Source of the DNA: Cyanophora paradoxa CCMP329
Lineage: Eukaryota; Plantae; Glaucophyta
Direction of reading: 5' to 3'
Assembly (NCBI GenBank): GCA_004431415.1
Contig: QPMI01000420.1
Coordinates: 124,001-188,000, forward strand
Length of the DNA: 64,000 nt
Positions 10,959-24,236 of the stretch are shown one piece after another. The notes beneath the pieces were generated by a model, which was not told where the DNA came from, did no database searches, and worked only from the letters and a program-made list of their open reading frames with translations. Each line of letters starts with the position of its first letter. Position 1 is the stretch's first letter. The translations under genes and the position numbers were made by a program.

Positions 10959-13900
10959 CTACCGGGGGGCGACCTTGAGGAAGCGCTCCTGGACGCGCGT
11001 CGCGTTCCGCGGCTGGTGCACCTCCAGGTACGCCCTGCGCACGCGCCCCCGGCGGCACTTGAGGAGGGGAGGGGGCGGGGCGGGGCGGGCGATCGCGAGG
11101 GCATGCTTGGGTTTGAGCTCTATCATTTCGCTCTATCTATCATTCGGGGGCTCTTGAGAAGTTGAGAAGGGGTGGGGGCCGCCGCGAGCGAGGGCATGGG
11201 TTCCGAGCGCGGGCAGCGTTTTGAGATAGATGTGAGAAAGGCACCCGCAGATGGCGTGGACGCAGGCGGAGTCGACGGGGGCGCCGGCCGCCTCCGCCCG
11301 CGCCGCGATTGCCTCCGCCGCCTGCGCCGGACGGAGTGAGATGGCGCAGTCGGCGAAATAAAAGAGACGGGATCGGGGGGGCGGGCCGGGGCGAAGGAAA
11401 AGCTGGATACTAGCCTGTTAGTTATTCGCGCTACGCTGCTAGTTATTGGCACTAGTGCATTAAGAGGAAGGGGAAGGGGGTCCTTCCCCAATAAATTATA
11501 TCGTTCCATATGTCGAGATAATAGCCCGTCACTTATTCACGTTATCTTTCTATCTTACCGCTTGTTTTCTTATCGCTTCTATGAGAGCGGGGCGGGGCGG
11601 GGCGGGGGGGCGGGCCTGGGCGAAGCGGGCGCGGCCCTCCCCGAACTCGAGGGCGTCGTCCAGCACGTGCATCAGCGAGAACCTGCCCCGCCCCGCCCCG
11701 CTTAGGCTTCGGGCTCGGGCGGGCCCAGGGGCCGGGCGGGGCCGCTTTGGTTTGAATTAGCTTCGCGCCGCCCCGTCGGCTTAAGCTTTGAGCCCGTCGG
11801 CCCGGCGGGGCCCGGCGGGGCCGCTTTGGTTCGGCGTGGGGCGCACTTGTACATGTCCTGCATGGCGCGCGTGGCGGCGGGGAGGCCGCCGTCCAGCCGG
11901 CCCCCGCACTCCGCCTCCCGCCGGTCCTGGAACACTGCGCCTGGTCAGAGGCCGAAGACAGGGCGCCCCGGGGGGACTGGAGGTCCCCTTAGGCACAGCC
12001 CGCCTAGCAAAGACGCAGTAAAGGGCCTCAAGAGGTCCTAGGAAAGACGCGGTAGTTGCGACGCAGTGGATTCGGGAGAGGCGGGAGGGGCCGCACGGCG
12101 CTCGGCCCGCTCCATGGCGTCGGCGGCGGCGGCGTGCTGCGCGACCCGCGCGAAGAGCAAGCACTCCAGCGCCGCTCCGATCTGGCCCGCCCCGCCCCGC
12201 CCCGCCCCGCCGGCGTCTCAGCGACGGCCGCGGCCGCGGGGCGGGGCGGCGCGGCTCTAGCTCGGAGGCGCGCACGACGCCGTCGAGGAGCCCGCGGCCG
12301 GCCGTCTCCTGCGGGGCGCTCGCGTTCAGCTTGGCTAGATCTAGAGGGCGGGGCGGGGCGGGCCTGGAGGGCGGAGAGGACGCGCTCGGCCTGGTCGCCC
12401 GAGCGCGCCGTCCGCGCCAGCGCCTCCAGCCGCGCCTGCGAGGCCGCGTCGCAGGAGAGAGAGAGAGAGAGAGACAGAGCCGCGGGGCGGGACGCACGGG
12501 CAGGTCGGGCGGGGGCCGGACGCTCGCCATCGCCACGTCGTCCCGCAGCGCCCCCAGCGCCTCCGCGAAGGCGCTCGGCACCAGCAGGCCCCCGACCCTG
12601 CAAGCGCGAGGACGCTGAGAGGGGGAGCTGGGAGGCGGGCCGGGCGCGGGGGCGGGCGGGCCGGCAGATCTCCTGGATGTGGCGGGCGGCCTCCTCCTCG
12701 AGCTTCGGACAGGCCGCCAGCTCTTTGCAGATCCCCTCCGCCTGCAAATTCAAAGGCGGCCTCAACGGAGGGCGTGGCATGGCGCGGGGGGAGGGTGGCG
12801 GGTTCGCGGATGGCTGGGGACGGAGGCGAGCCCGCCCGCCCGCCCGCCCGCTCGGTCACGGCCCGACCGGCTCTAATGGGGCGGGCGAGCGGGCTCGAAG
12901 CTCTATGGCGGGGCGGGGCGGGAGGAAGGCTCGCTCGAGCTCGGTCACACCCAGACGAGGCGGCGCCTGACCTCCTCGTCCTCCGTCGAGGCCGCCGCGT
13001 GCTCGCACGCCAGCGTCGCCACCCGCACCTGCCGTAGCGCCCGCGCCGCCCCTGCCGTCAGCCGGGCGCCACGGCGTGTGGCCTAGCTACTTGGAGCTGA
13101 GCGGGAGCTGCGCGGGGGTCTAGCCGAAGCCTGTTCTACAGCCTAGCGGGGGCGGAGCGCCGAGCGGCTCCGCCTGCAAACTTTACGGTGCCAGCAGGCC
13201 CGGCTGCACTTACTTAGCCTAGCTGGAAGGAGAAGGGCGGTGCGGGCGGGCGGGCGGGCGGGCGGGCGCGGGCGAGGGCCGGGGCCGGGCGGACCGCAAA
13301 GGCGGCGACGTTGGCGCGGACGGCGGCGTCGTGGCCGCGGAAGGCGAGCGCCCGGGGCCGGACAGCCGCCACGCCTCCACCACCGCCTCCCGGCCCCCGG
13401 GCAGCCGCCTGCGCCCCGGCCCCGGCCCACAGCTCAGGCGTGTATATCGGGGGCGCGAGAAGGCACACGAAGCGTGCGCCCGCTTCCCATGCATCTCGTC
13501 ACTCCAGTGGTCTCTTCCCGCCCCCCCCCCCCCCCCCCCTCCCCCCCGCTCTGATTCCCCACCGCTACCCCCCCCTCCCCGCGCACCAGACGAGGGGGGA
13601 GAGGTTCGAGATCGCGGCGACCGCCTGAGGGGAAGCGACCTCCGCCGCGAACCTGGCGGGGGGTGAGGGGGGGTACAGGGAAGGGAAGGGAGGGGGGTAG
13701 GGGCACTTGTGGAGCTCGACGGCCTGGCGCGCGAACTTCTCCTTCTCCTGCGGCGTCCGCTTGCCCACCTTCGCGTTCCCGGCCGCCACCAGCCTTGGGG
13801 GAGGGGAGGGGGGGGGGATCAGGCGGGGGGTGGGGATCAGAGGGTAGGGAGGGACACTCACTTGAGGGTCAACGCGGTCGCAAAGTGTGCGCTCAGACCG

Positions 13901-15884
13901 CCGATCATCTGGGCGGGCTGCTCGACACGGGCAGGAGGGGCGGGGCGGGGCGGGGCGGACCCGCTTCGCCCCGGGCCTAAATGCCGCCTCGCCGAAAAGG
14001 ACCGGAGGCTCCTTCTGGCACACCTGAGGGGGGTACGCGGTTCGGCTTGGGATGGGGATGGGGGTGTGCGCGGCCCGCGCACGTGTTTGGCGAGCCGGAA
14101 GAGAGCTTCGGGCTCGACGTCGGCCCTCAGCGCTCCCGCCTGCACGACGGGGGTACCGCTCGACTCCGGCAGGGCGGGGGGGGGGCGGGGAAAAAGGAGG
14201 GGCACCTTGGCGGCGGCGGCGACGAGGCTGTTTCGCGCGTCGGTCACGATGGTCCGCTCGGCCTCGCTCTGGTACCCGGCTAAGGGGCGGGGGGAGGGGT
14301 ACGCGGAAAAAGTGGGGGTAGCAGCGCACCAGCTTGGCGTAGTTCTGGCGGATCTCGCTGTCGAAGGCGCTGTAGAGCAGCATCGAGCCCTGCTCCAGCT
14401 CCGTCGCCGGGCACTCCCCAAAGGCCCTCTGGAGGGGTATGCCATTCAGCGCGGAGCGGGCCTGTGGGGGGGGGGGGGGGGGGGGGCGGAGCCGACCTTG
14501 GCCCAGTCGAAGACGAGGGGGCGAACGCTCGACTGCTCGGGCTGCCGCGCGGCGGGCGTCGGGCGCGCCGAGGAGGAGGAAGGGGGTACGCGTTTCCGCA
14601 CCTTGGCGGAGAGCGCCGCGGCGCGCTCGGCGACGAAGGCGCGGGCGAGGGAGGCGAGGAGCTCGGGGACGTTGGACTTCCACGTACGCATGTCCGATAG
14701 CGCCGTGTGCTGCAGCGCGTGCTGCGGCGCGGCGCCCCCGGCTCGGCGGCCGAGGCGCGGGGCGGGGCGGGGCCGGGCCGGGCCGGGCCGGGCGGGGCGG
14801 GGCGGGGCGGGGCGGGGCGCCGCGCCCCGTCTGTCCCTAGAGCTCCCCTAGAGCTGTCTCTCGGCGGCGGGGGTAAGCTCACGAGGTAGGCCCAGCAGAC
14901 GCGGTCGGGGTGGTCGGCGAGGGCGCGCAGGCCGCCCTCCATGTCCCCGCAGATGAACGTGCCGACGGCGACGTACGTCGCCGCGCGCTTCTCCTCGTGG
15001 GCTTCGTAGAGCTGGCGGCCCAGGTCCGGCGGGGCCTTCCGCCGCTCGAAGATGTCGAGGGCCTCCCGCCAGTTGCGGAGGTTCGCCGCCTGCAGGTGCG
15101 CCTTCTGCACGGGGAGCGAGGCGGAGGCGGCCAGCGGGAGCTGCATCTCGTCGGCCGTCCGCATGAGCGACTGTGTCAGGATCGAGGCGCTCTTGAGGAT
15201 GTTGAGCGGCGCGCCCGAGCCCGGCAGCATGGCGATCCGCACGAGCGCCAGCTTGAACGCCAGCGCGCGGTGCGTCGCCGGCAACGGGTTCAGCGCGTCG
15301 ACCACCTGCGCGCGGCGGCGTGGGCGGCGGCGCGTGGGAGGCTGCGCACTCGGCCACGCGCGGCGCCCGAGCGCGCGGGCTCTCTTGCTCACCAGGGTGT
15401 GCATCCTCTCGGGGTCGCCGCGCACCATCTGCGTCCCGAAGAAGATGTCCGAGCACGACTTATGCACCAGCTCCTCGATCTGCTTCGCGTGCATCGAGCC
15501 CGGTGCCGGGCCCGGGCCCAGGACCTTCACCGCTGCGCAAGCAGCGCGTCGGCGGAGCGTCAGCGGCGCGGGAGGGCGGAGGGCCGCACGAAGAAGGATC
15601 GACGGCTCGGCTTTCGCGGCCGCTGGCGGAGTCACACGGGCCGCGGCGCTCTCCGGCACGCTCGCCGGCGAGCCGATCGGGACGGTGCGCTTCGGCGGGA
15701 CTGGAGCGAGGGACAGGCGATATGACTTGGCCTGTGTTGCGTTTGGGGCCGCTTGCTGGGCCCCGCGCGCGGTCCGGCTTAGCGACCGAACCGGTAGGCT
15801 GAACTGCGCCGGTCTCCAGGAAGCTGGAGCGCTCCAAGTTCGGAGCATCGGTCTCCCGAAAGCGCTCGCCTTGCTGGGGAGCAT
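10959..15884 (-). CDS. Large multi-exon hypothetical helical protein with a probable mitochondrial-type presequence
   Basis: N-terminus MLPSKASAFGRPMLRTWSAPASWRPAQFSLPVRSLSRTAR is Arg/Ser-rich with no acidic residues. Coding exons include VVDALNPLPATHRALAFKLALVRIAML, GSMLLYSAFDSEIRQNYAKLVRCYPHFF, EGICKELAACPKLEEEAARHIQEI and FSLMHVLDDALEFGEG. Last exon AYLEVHQPRNATRVQERFLKVAPR* ends at 10959. Could be two genes. Confidence 0.55.
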
Positions 15885-15986
15885 CCTCGTCACGCGACGC
15901 GTCTCGACCCGGGTACAGGTCGTTTTGCTCGAGTGCCGAACCGCTGGGTAGGCTCCTGGCGACACGGTGGATCAGCGGGAGCAGCC
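15885..15986. promoter_or_regulatory. Putative bidirectional promoter / overlapping 5' UTRs
   Basis: Only 102 bp separate the divergent predicted start codons at 15884 (-) and 15987 (+). Confidence 0.45.
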
Positions 15987-18900
15987 ATGCACGCCTTCAG
16001 CGGCGGGCTGGTTCTACCAGCGTCCGGCCGCCCGGTGCCGTCGCTTGACGCGTGCGGCCGCGCGGGGCCGCCTCCGCTTGCGGGCGACCGACCGGAGCGA
16101 CCGGACGTGCTTCGGCCGACCGCGCTAAAGAGCGGCTGGTACGGCTCCCGCTTCGAGCCAGACCGCGTGAAGGGTGCGAAACCTCGGGCGACGCCCCCGG
16201 TGTTCTGCGGGGCCAAACAGGCCCCGTGTGCAGGCGTAAGGAGGCTGCTCTCGGAGGGTGACGGAGCGCGGCCTCGTAGCTGGACGTTCCCGTGCCCAGA
16301 GCAGGCGCCGCTCTGTGCCGTCAGCCGAAACGCCGACCTCTCGCGGGCCGCCGGCGGGAGCGAGCGGCCGCCGCGTCCGCGCAGCCCGGTGCGGTCCGGG
16401 CCCTCCGGAGTGAACCCGCGGCCGCGCAGCCCCGCCCAGACCGGGGCCAGCCCGCGGCCGCGGGCCTCCAAGTCGGCTTACGACAACCGGCCGCCCGACG
16501 ACGAGCGGACCGAGTGGGACGCAGCGCCCGGCGCCGCGCCCCCGGACTCGCCCGCTCCCCGCGGCGGTGCGCCCGCGCCCCGCCCTCGGCCGCTGCCGCC
16601 CAGCTCTGAGCCGGGGGCAGTGGGCGGGGCCGAGCCGCAGTCGCGCTTCGAGCGGGTCGTGGACGAGCTCGTGCAGGTCGCGTGCAGCGCAAAGGGGCCC
16701 GAGGGCTCCACCGCCAGCGTGCGCCGTACCCCCCCCCCCTCTCCTCCAAAGCCGCCGCCGCCGTCGCGGATCGCTGGCGCAGGGCGAGCGCCTCGACGCG
16801 GCGTTCCAGATCAGCGGGGGCGAGCCCGGGGGCGAGATCCTCCCCTCCTACGCCCTCTCCAAGGCCGTCCACATCCTGTCGCACGGTACCTCCGCCCGCC
16901 CGAACCCGTCTAGCGCGTACCCCCCCCTCGCCCGCCGGGAACGCCGTACCCGCAGAGCTCGGGGAGCCGGATCGGGCGGAGGCGCTCATCCACGCGGCCG
17001 AGCGAAGGGGCGTGGCGATCCGCGGGGCGGTTCTCGCGCCCCTCGTCAAGCTCTTCGTCTCCAGGGGCCAGCGCGCCCGCTGGGAGGCAATGCTAAACTA
17101 CTACTTCGAGGTCAGGCCACCGGTGCGTATATTGCCGTACCCCCCTGCAGCTCCCCCCCCGACGCGCTCTGCAGGGCGACGTACCCGACGACCGCCTCAA
17201 GTCGGCGCTCGCGGCCGGTCCGCCGCCTCGACGCAGAGAGACGTACCCCCAGTCCGACCCGTGCCCCTGACGCTTCCCCCCCCCCCCCACCCCGCGCCCC
17301 AGGGTACGCGATGTACGACGAGATGGAGCTGGCGCGGGCGGTGCTCTCGCCGGGCTTCGGGTGGGAGGACGGGCACGCGCCGGCCGAGGGGGAGGCCGGG
17401 CCCTCCTCCTCCTCCAGGAATCGCGACGCGGCGCTCTGCTGGGCCATGCTCCACGCCGCCGGTGCGAGAAAGAGCAGCCCAGACCGCTCTCTGTCCGTGT
17501 GTCCGCCCCGCGGCTGACCGCCCGCCCCGCCCCGCCCGCAGCGAACCTTCTGGAGCTCGCCCTTGCGGCCCGCTACGGCTCGGCGGACGTGCGCCCTCCC
17601 TCGAGCTAGCTAGCCTGCCCCGCTTGCCTGCCTCCCGGCCCGCCCCGCTCATCTTGGCCGGCAGGGGGCGCCCGGGGAGCTCGAGGGGGCCGGGACGGGC
17701 GAGGCGGCGGCCGCGGCCTGCGCTCGCGCCATCGACGCCGTCTGCGGCCGTTTCGAGCAGGTCCGCCCCTACCCTCCCCCCTTACTCTCTTCTCCCGCCC
17801 AGCTCACGCGCGGCCGGCGCAGAACGGGCAGCTGTGGGCGCGCCTGCGGCCCAACATGGTCCGCGACTGGTCCCGCCGCACCTTCGACAAGCGGGTGCGC
17901 TCCCCTTCCATCTCCTCCTCCCCCCCCTCAAGCAAACCGAAGCTGAGCGTACCCCCCATCCTGCCCGGGTACAGGTGCGGGCGGACCTGCTGGAGGAGGC
18001 GCTGGACGTCCTGCTGCCCGTGCGCGCCCCCGCCCCCCTCGCCGGGGGGCACCGAGAAGCGGCGGGCGATAGGGCGCCTTTCAGAGGGGCAGAGAGATAG
18101 AGCGGGGCGGGGCCCCACCCCAGCTCCCTCCTCCCTCTCTTTTCGGCGGCTCACGGCGCGGGGCGGCATGGCTGGCGCAGGGCTTCTCGCGGCTGGGGAG
18201 GGGCGACGACCTCCTCATCACCGCCGTCCAGGCGCGCCGGGCAAGCGAACCCGCCGCTCCGCTCTGCTCTGACGCCCCTCCCCCGCAGGCGGCGTGCGGG
18301 CGCGGGGAGGCGGAGCGGGCGGAGGCGATCGCGGCGCGCCTCGTCGCCGACGTCGCCCGCGCCCTCCCCCGCGGCCGCCGCGCCGAGGTCCGCCCCGCCC
18401 CGCCCCGCCGGCCCTACAACCGGCGGCCCTAGAATCAGGGCTAGTCCCGAGGGCGGCGGCCCTAGAACAGGGCGGGCAGAGAGAGGGGCCGGACTGGGTC
18501 GAAGGGGAGAAGACTCGTCCCGGGGCGCCTCACAAACGGCTTCGCGGGCGCAGGGGGACGGGGACGCGGTGTGGGAGGTGGCGCTCGCGCTCGCCTCGGC
18601 GCACGCGCGCGAGGGCGGCAACCCCGCCCGCGCCCGCTCCCTCCTCGTCGGTCCGCGCCCCCGCTTGAGTCGCCCGCCCGTCTTCCCTTGAACCTGCCCG
18701 CAGGCCTCGCGCGGGCCTCGCGCTCCGAAGCCGACGCCCGCGTCTGCACCGTGCGCCCCCCCGCCCTCCCGTACCCCTCCCCCTTCCCCCCCACGAATCG
18801 AACTTGTACCCCCCCTTCGGCGCAGGGGTTCGTGGACGAGGCGCTCGTGCAGCCGGGGCTGGGCGGCCCCGCCCTCGCCGAGGCGCGTGCCCCGTACCCC

Positions 18901-21346
18901 CCTCCCCCCTCCCGCGCCGTCCAGTACCCCCGCCTTCGACTCACGGTACCCCCCCGCAGATTTTCCGGGCCCTCGCGAGGCCGCCCCGGGCGCCCGTGGA
19001 CCCCTCCACCTTCGCCCTACGGTACCCCCCGCCATCGCCTCCTTGCACTGCCTACGCTTCATTCGCTCACGCATCTTTGTTTCCCTCTCAGATGGGCGAA
19101 CCGATTGCTGGACGACCACCCGGGCCTGGCCGCCCGCGGACGCGCCCTTGCACACAGTGCGTCTACTCCCCTTTCCATCCCCCGGCCTGTCTCCGCCCCT
19201 CGCTGAGGCGGGCGGGGCAGGGCGGCGGCGGCTGGCGGCGGCGGCGGACTCGATCCGGGGGGGCGCGGGGGGGCCCAGCCAGGCCCTCGAGTTTGCACTG
19301 GCGGCCGAGGCCGCCCTTGTCGAAGGTCCCGTACCCCCTCCCCGCCCGCCTGCCCGCCCGCGCGCCCGCTCGCGATCTGATCTGTGACCCCCGCGCGCAG
19401 AGTTCGCTTCGGGGGAGCTCGGAGCAGAAGGGGGGGGCGAGGACGGGGAGGGGGACGTCGCATCTCTCGAGGCCCGCGTCGCCGAAGTGGTACCCCCTTC
19501 TTTTCTTTCTCTTTTTTTCCTGTCCGATCGAACTTGGCGCAGGTCCGGGTGGTGGACGAGTGCACTCCGTCCATACGGCAGCACAAGGCGCGCGGGGCCT
19601 CCGTACCCCCCTCCTGACGCCCGCCCTGATGGGTACGGGTGCGGGTGCGGCAGGTCGGCGGGCTGATGCGGGCGCGATCGGCGGCGCTGCTGCTCGTGTA
19701 CCCGTCTACCCCCGAGATCGCCAAGGAGGTAACGGCGTACCCCCCTGTCCGCTGTTCCCCCCTATCCTGACGGCCTCGCCCCCAGGTTCGGGCCCTGGTG
19801 GGCCCCATTCGGCCCCAGCAGCCGCGCCCCCAGCAGGGGCGCGGACGGAGGGGCCGCCGCAAGTCGAAGCGAGGTGTGTACCCCCCTCGCCTCCTTTTTT
19901 TCGGCTCGGCCCGACGGGAGGCGGCCGCAGGATCCAAGCAGGAGCAGGAGGCCCCCGAACCGGTACCCCGCCCCGCCTCGCGCCCCTAAGCCGTACCCCG
20001 ACCCCGCGGCAGCCCCCCTTCGAGCTCTCCGGCCGCCGGCCCGTCCTTGACCTCCTGGATTCGGTTCGTGCGGTACCCCCCGCCCTTCCAAGAGCTGTAC
20101 CCCCGACGCGCGGGGGCGCAGATCCGGGCATACCACGCGCGGGAGAACGCGCCGGCCCCTTTCGACCGCTACAAGCTCCTCACAAAGGCGCGCGTCTGCC
20201 CGCCCGCCGCACCTTAGACAGCTGAGAGCGCGGGCGCCGGGCCGCCCCAGCTGACCCAGCTGACTCCGCCCCTCCCTCCCCGTCAGGCGGCGTCGGCGCT
20301 GGGGGAGGCGGGGCTGGCTGGGGCGACGGTGCGGCTCCTCGCGGAGGCCGCCGCCCTCGGCCTCGACGAGGTCCGCCCCGCCCGAGCTCCCATCCCGCCC
20401 CCGGCACCGCCGGCTCGAGAAGGAAGGGACCGCCGAGCCCGTCCCACATCGAACTGCTAGAGCATCTAGAGCTCCTGGCGGTGCCGCGTTTGAACCCTGA
20501 GACCATGAGATCCTGAGATCGCCGCCCCGCTCGCCCCCGCCTGCGCGCCGACCCGCCCTTTCGGCGCAGCTCTTCGCGGTCGCCTCGGTGCCCGTCCTCT
20601 GGTCCTCGGCAGGCGACCGCACCGCCGCCTGGTCTGGCGTTAAGGCGGCCGAGACCGGTGCGCACTGTTCTGTTTCTTCGCTTCGAGCGGAGCTTGATCT
20701 CTGCTTTGCTTCGCCTCGCTTTGCACAGTGTACGACGAGCGGGCGGGGCGGCTGCTGCAGTGGCGGCACGGCCTGGGGCCCCCGCCGCCCTTCCTCCCGG
20801 CGGCGCGGCCGCCCTCCCCCGAGGGCGAGGGGGGCGCCCTGGGGCGGGGCGGCTTCCACAGCGCCGGGCCGCCCCTCGCCGCGGACGACATGGACTCTAA
20901 GAACCTTCACTTCATGTGAGCTCCTTTTCCCCCTCCGTTAGATTCTGAGCTTCCACGTTTTGATTCGGTGTTAGGTACGCGACGACGGCCTTCTGGCTGG
21001 TGCGGAGGTGCGGGGCGGAGGGTGCCGACGCCGCCGACGCGCTCCTCGGGCGCGCCCTCCGCCGCGGCGCCCGCGTCGAGCCCTGGACGGTCCGCCGCCC
21101 GCGTCCCCTCTTCCCTCTTCTTCGCCCTCCGCTGCGGCCCCTGAGATAGCCTGTGCTCAGGTGAACGCCCTCGCGAGGGCGTACCGCGTGCTCGGCCGCC
21201 CCGATGCCGCCGAGCGCGTCCAGTCCGCCTACAGCCACGCCTTCGCCGCCGGCAACGGCGGCGGCAACGGCGGCGGCGGCGGCGGAGGCGGCGGTAGTGG
21301 AGGCGGCGGCAACGGAGATAGGGGTGCCCCGCGCCTCTTCGACTGA
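15987..21346 (+). CDS. Large multi-exon helical-repeat (PPR-like) protein, probably plastid-targeted
   Basis: Starts GCCATG: MHAFSGGLVLP...KSGWYGSRF (Phe at position 4, as in glaucophyte/red-algal transit peptides). PPR-like exons ELGEPDRAEALIHAAERRGVAIRGAVLAPLVKLFVSRGQ and QVNALARAYRVLGRPDAAERVQ. Gly-rich tail ends RLFD* at 21346. Confidence 0.6.
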
Positions 21347-21711
21347 CGCGGCCGGCTTTGGCGGTACAGCGCCGGCCCCTGTACGTATCTGGCGGTTGTA
21401 TTTCTACCCTTTTTCCTACGTGGGTTGTCCAGTGCGGTTGGTTCTTTTTCTCGTAGTCCGCTAGCCCTTAAGCTTCACGATTTGTCGAGCTTCTGCAGTG
21501 CTGTCCATAGCCCAGTAGCTGTCGATCCTGTTCAAACTGTACACAGTCAAATTCACTGCAAATATGTTCTTTCGCTCTGACATCGATGCCACTCTACACA
21601 GCTGCAGGGTCTCTGCATAGGCCTGGGGCTCGAGGCCGTTTTATATTAGACATCGACGTATTAGACAGGCCGTTGATATTAGACATAGCTCTTGGGCAGG
21701 ACAGGGGGGGG

Positions 21712-23969
21712 TCACGAGGAGAGGAAAGCACCCTTGACACATCGCTCGAGGTCCATGGGGGCTCGGCAGGAGGGGCAGGTCGGGACGCTGCCGGCCGCCC
21801 TCTGCCGCTCCACGTGCCCGTCGAAGCAGGCGTCGCAGAGCGTGAGGTGCTTGCAGGGCAGCACCAGGACCGAGCTGGCGGAGCGCTTGCATGAGGGGTA
21901 AAGAAGAGAGAGCGGAATGTCGACGAATTCGAACCGGCGGAGGTCCATGCAGACGACGCAGCGCGTGTCCTGGAGCTCCTGCGTCGCCTCGGCCACGCGC
22001 GCCTCCGTCAGCGCGTGGGAGACGGCGGCGAGTCCCTCCATCAGCCGCTGCTGCACGCGCTGCAGCTCCGGCACCGAGAGGCCCGCCAGCACCGCCGGAC
22101 GGACTGGGGCGCTGTCCGCCTGCCGCGCCTCGAGCGCCGCCGCGCGAGCCTCCAGCGCCGCCGCCCGCGCCGTCGCTTGTTCCGCACGGGCCTCTGCCCG
22201 CTCCGCCCTGGACTCCGCCCGCTCCGCACGGGCCTCTTCCTGCTCCGCCCGGGCCTCCACCCGCTCCGCCCGCTCTCTTTGTGCAGTCATCTGCAGCAGC
22301 GCACAATGCACGTCAAACTCAAAGGAATCTCAAGGAATAATTTCGAAAAAGGTACTGTCTGTCACCTCTGCGCGGACGGCCGCCGCCTCCCGCTGCGCCT
22401 CCGCCGCCGCGGCCTGCGCCCGGGAGGCCGCGACCTTCGCCTCCTCGGCCCCGCGCTCCGCCTCGCTGGCCCGCCGCAGCGCCTGCTCGATCTCCGCGTG
22501 CACGGCCGCAGCTGCAGCCTCAAGGGCCCGGGCTGAGGGGTTCTCTTCGGGAAAGGGCGTGGGGCCGGATTCGTCGGAGCTGCTGGCGGCCCGAGCCCGT
22601 TTCAGGCGCCGCCGGCGCCGGGCGGGCTGCCGGCTATCCTCGTCGGAATCTAAGCTGATTACTGACGGGGCTGAAGGGGAACAGAGGCCGCCGTGGTCGC
22701 CGCTGCTTGCGATGCCGCCGCCGCTGCTGGATGTGGCCGCGGGGCGAGGCCCATGGACAGCTGTAGGCACCGGTTCGGGTGGCCTCCCCGAGCCGGAGGA
22801 GCTTGCGCCCGGCTGCTGCGGGCCACGCTTCAGCAGCTGCAAGCTCAAGGTGAGAGCTCAAGTTTGCAGAGCGCACCTCGAGGGGCTGGGCCTCGCTCGC
22901 CTCGCCGCGTTGTACATGTTCTGCAGCTGGCCGCGGGGGCGCTGCCGGAGCCCGCGATCGAGCTCGAGCTCGAGCTCGAGGCGCCGGCGCCGCGGCCGGC
23001 CGCGCCGGCGCCGATGAAGCCGCCGACGAACCCGACGGCGCCGGCGCAGGCGCGGCCGCGGCACCCTGCCCGGCCTGCTCACGTGTTGTCTCGTGATCAT
23101 GAGACATTGAATTACAAGTATGACGCACCGCTCGAGAAAGGGCCTGCCGCTCTTCATCAGGAAGGTGGGCGAGCGAGTCGTAGGCCTTGTCCAGACATAC
23201 GAGGTTCTTGAGACTCAAGCAGACGAGCTGCGCATGCCGCAGTGCGCTTACGAGTAAATGTAATTATAATCGCGAGCATCGGAGGTAAAAACCCGCACCG
23301 TGGACGTGTAATCAAATCTCACGAAGCATTCATCAGGGTTATCGCTGCTAGTGTTGATTTCCATCAGCGTCCCCGAACGCGCGCGGTCTGCCGCGCCGCG
23401 TTTGTCAGATGCATGCTTGCGCGCAATCGCAACATTAACCTTCATTTAATTTGCAAGTTCGTGTGCGCACTAGCAGTTAGGGTGATGACGCGGTCGCCTA
23501 TCTGGGAAGGGGTCACGATTTCGACGTTTTCTCGGAGCTTGCTAACCACGTGCACCTGCGCAATTGCAAGCGCATATGCATGATCAAAGCTTGAAGGATA
23601 TCAAATTTTAAGCCCCGGCCCGGCCCCCGCGCGAGTGCGCGGCCGCGACCGCGGCCACAGCCATTAACGTTCGCGACAGCGCCGGCCTGGCCGTCACGGC
23701 GTGCACTACGCGTGGCCGCGCGCGGCCGGGAGGCGGGCCGGGCGCGCGCCGCGGCGGCGTCGGGACCGCGCGCGCGCGCTTACCCTGCGGTGCGATCCCT
23801 GCGTTCGATCGATGATGTCTACGGTTCCGTCGCGCTTCGCTGATGCGAATACGCCGAATCTTTGCTGCCCATCTGATGATAGGTACCGGACGACGGCACC
23901 GAGCGGCAGGCGTAATGGGCGGGCATCGTAGCTTTCGACAAGCTTAAGTTGCTGCACGACTTCCGGCAT
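21712..23969 (-). CDS. RING-HC (zf-C3HC4_3-type) E3 ubiquitin ligase with coiled coil and SIM-like motif
   Basis: Spliced C-terminus CVVCMDLRRSVLVLPCKHLTLCDAC...CPSCRAPM (C-x2-C-x11-C-x-H-x3-C-x2-C...C-x2-C) follows AERAEARAEQ coiled-coil repeats. VISLDSDEDS at 22662-22633. The 5' exons (23248-23969, beta-rich) are less certain. Confidence 0.8.
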
Positions 23970-24236
23970 CGAATATCCGATGATCGCTGCAAACTGCCGA
24001 AGTGAACTAACTGCCGCTCAATGGTTTTCACGTGCACGCGATGCCAAACTATCGTTAGGCAGTGGTTCGACACCGATGTAGGCTCGCCGACTCAGCAGAA
24101 CTCGCCGCTGAGCCGCGCCCGACTCGCCGGAGCGGCGATGGTGAGATGTGGGCCGGACTGGATTCGAACTGGAGTCTGGAGCATGCAAAAAGTCATGCGA
24201 CCCATCATGTCAGCTGGGGTCATGCGACCGATGCAG

